32,502 nt of DNA from the sequence record SRR31156797_3824. One strand, given 5' to 3'. Below, in pieces: positions 30,621 to 32,502 of the stretch. Each line of letters opens with the position of its first letter. Position 1 is the first letter of the stretch. Both the position numbers and the translations under genes were made by a program. The notes beneath the pieces are model-generated. The model saw only the letters and a program-made list of their open reading frames with translations. It ran no database searches and had not been told where the DNA came from.

Positions 30621-31772
30621 ATGTCTGAAGAGAAAAAACCACTGCGTGTTGGAATAGTGGCTGGCGAGATGTCTGGCGACACGCTGGGAGAAGGTTTTAT
30701 CCAGGCGATAAAAAAACAATACCCGGATGCCGAGTTTGTTGGTATCGGCGGCCCCAAAATGATCGCTCAAGGCTGTCAGTCTCTGTTTGATATGGAAGAG
30801 CTTTCAGTGATGGGGCTCGTTGAAGTTCTTGGACGTTTGCGCCGATTACTGAAAGTTAAAGCTGAACTGGTCGACTATTTTACATCGAACCCGCCAGATG
30901 TATTTGTCGGTATTGATGCGCCGGACTTTAACCTTCGCCTTGAATTAGATTTAAAAAATGCAGGAATTAAAACGGTCCATTATGTCAGTCCTTCTGTTTG
31001 GGCTTGGCGACAAAAGCGCATATTCAAAATAGAAGCGGCGACAAACTTAGTGCTCGCATTTCTCCCTTTCGAAAAAGCGTTCTATGACAAGTTCAATGTG
31101 CCGTGTGAGTTTATCGGTCACACCTTAGCTGACTCAATTCCGCTGCAAAATGACAAATTACCAGCACAAGAGATGTTGGGGCTAGATTCTTCTCGTCGAT
31201 GGCTTGCGGTTCTGCCAGGGAGCCGAGGTGGTGAAATGAAAATGCTCGCCCAGCCATTTATCGAAACCTGTCAGAAACTAAGGGAAAAGTATCCCGATCT
31301 TGGCTTTGTCGTGGCACTCGTAAACCAGAAGCGTCGTGAACAGTTTGAAGCAGTGTGGAAAGAGATAGCGCCAGAACTCGATTTTATATTGGTGGATGAC
31401 ACCGCTCGTAACGTGATTACCGCTTCAGATGCTGTGCTGCTGGCATCAGGCACGGTCGCTTTGGAGTGTATGCTTCTCAAGCGCCCGATGGTGGTTGGTT
31501 ACCGAGTGAATGCGCTTACTTACTTCCTTGCTAGCCGGTTGGTGAAAACACCTTACGTTTCTCTCCCCAATATTTTGTCTGATCAAGAGCTGGTCAAAGA
31601 GTTATTACAAGATGATTGTACCGTGGAGAATTTAGTGCACCATGTTAGCTTGTTGCTAGATAACGATAACCAGCCGATGCTGGATAAGTTTGCTGAAATG
31701 CATCAATGGATTCGTAAAGGAGCTGATGATCAAGCGGCTCATGCGGTTTTAAAATTAATAGAGAAAGCATAA
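30621..31772 (+). CDS. lpxB: Lipid-A-disaccharide synthase
   Basis: [45 protein letters not shown]. Confidence 0.98.
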   Translation: MSEEKKPLRVGIVAGEMSGDTLGEGFIQAIKKQYPDAEFVGIGGPKMIAQGCQSLFDMEELSVMGLVEVLGRLRRLLKVKAELVDYFTSNPPDVFVGIDAPDFNLRLELDLKNAGIKTVHYVSPSVWAWRQKRIFKIEAATNLVLAFLPFEKAFYDKFNVPCEFIGHTLADSIPLQNDKLPAQEMLGLDSSRRWLAVLPGSRGGEMKMLAQPFIETCQKLREKYPDLGFVVALVNQKRREQFEAVWKEIAPELDFILVDDTARNVITASDAVLLASGTVALECMLLKRPMVVGYRVNALTYFLASRLVKTPYVSLPNILSDQELVKELLQDDCTVENLVHHVSLLLDNDNQPMLDKFAEMHQWIRKGADDQAAHAVLKLIEKA

Positions 31773-31774
31773 CG

Positions 31775-32395
31775 ATGGCGAAGAAACCGACTCAAGAACT
31801 TCCACCTTATGACATCCCCCGAGGTTACCACTTTATTGCTGGTGTTGATGAAGTTGGCCGTGGGCCTTTGGTTGGCGATGTGGTTACCGCTGCGGTGATT
31901 TTAGATCCTAACAATCCGATTGAAGGTTTAAGTGACTCTAAAAAACTGAGTGAGAAAAAGCGTTTAGCTTTGCTACCTGAGATCAAAGAAAAGGCACTGG
32001 CTTGGTCTGTCGGCCGCTGCAGCCCACATGAAATTGATCAGTTGAACATCTTTCAGGCGACTATGGTAGCTATGCAGCGCGCGGTGGAAGGATTAAGTGT
32101 TAAGCCTGATTTTGTATTGATTGATGGCAACAAGATTCCTGAGTTACCAATGGATGCAGAAGCGGTAGTGAAAGGCGATTTACGCGTAGCGCAAATTAGT
32201 GCGGCTTCTATCATTGCTAAAGTGGTTCGTGACCAAGAAATGGAAGAGCTGGACAAACAGTACCCTCAGTTTGGATTCGCCAAACACAAAGGTTACCCAA
32301 CCAAAGCGCACTTTGAAGCGATTGAACAGCATGGGGTTATCGATGAACATCGAAGAAGTTTCGGCCCAGTTAAACGTTCATTAGGTTTGGATTAA
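31775..32395 (+). CDS. rnhB: Ribonuclease HII
   Basis: [47 protein letters not shown]. Confidence 0.98.
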   Translation: MAKKPTQELPPYDIPRGYHFIAGVDEVGRGPLVGDVVTAAVILDPNNPIEGLSDSKKLSEKKRLALLPEIKEKALAWSVGRCSPHEIDQLNIFQATMVAMQRAVEGLSVKPDFVLIDGNKIPELPMDAEAVVKGDLRVAQISAASIIAKVVRDQEMEELDKQYPQFGFAKHKGYPTKAHFEAIEQHGVIDEHRRSFGPVKRSLGLD

Positions 32396-32426
32396 GCCCT
32401 GCAATACGTTTTGTATTCACGTAGAA

Positions 32427-32502
32427 TATACTCAAGTAATCTCCCGAAGAGCGAGTTTTATTTGCTCTTATACTGCGTTACTGATTTTTAACGTAGAATA
32501 AC
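32427..32502 (+). repeat. ERIC/MITE-like repeat (relic 3), probably continuing past the window edge
   Basis: Starts TATACTCAAGTAA, identical to the reverse complement of 10292-10304, and contains a stem-loop at 32447-32469. Confidence 0.55.

Noticed and set aside
751..32384. The many 60-125 aa ORFs in the track that overlap real genes (e.g. 5415-5756, 18406-18699, 20850-21227, 29981-30286)
   Set aside because: They are antisense or off-frame shadows of strongly biased coding sequence, with no recognisable motifs or independent RBS support.
1..32502. A novel multi-gene system (defence island, prophage, CRISPR, secretion system, biosynthetic cluster)
   Set aside because: Every long ORF is a recognisable housekeeping gene in the expected order. 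No integrase, transposase, repeat-spacer array or unexplained gap over about 470 nt is present.

Overview
A core-genome window from a Vibrionaceae bacterium, very probably Vibrio, judged from gene order, protein sequences and the CTA/GCT/CGT codon bias of rpsB and tsf. It holds 32 intact housekeeping genes: NCS2 purine permease-gpt-frsA-crl-proB-proA, nrdR-ribD-ribE-ribBA(X)-ribH-nusB-thiL-pgpA, a minus-strand block map-glnD-yaeH(DUF3461), and rpsB-tsf-pyrH-frr-uppS-cdsA-dxr-rseP-bamA-skp-lpxD-fabZ-lpxA-lpxB-rnhB. I see no prophage, transposase, CRISPR array, tRNA/rRNA, pseudogene or accessory island, and I cannot support a new multi-gene system here. The non-routine signal is small-scale. Three intergenic copies of one TATAC(C/T)CAAGT(A/G)A end motif look like relics of an ERIC/MITE-like repeat, and one of them supplies a perfect 15-bp hairpin right behind glnD. 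The RibBA fusion has a GTP cyclohydrolase II half without its zinc ligands (RibBX type). A fabZ-lpxA pair is bracketed by terminators and has its own -10 box. There are candidate PurR, Fur and CRP sites, the t44/rpsB leader, and a G-free, Shine-Dalgarno-less leader before uppS. All calls come from reading the sequence and recalled family knowledge; no searches were run.
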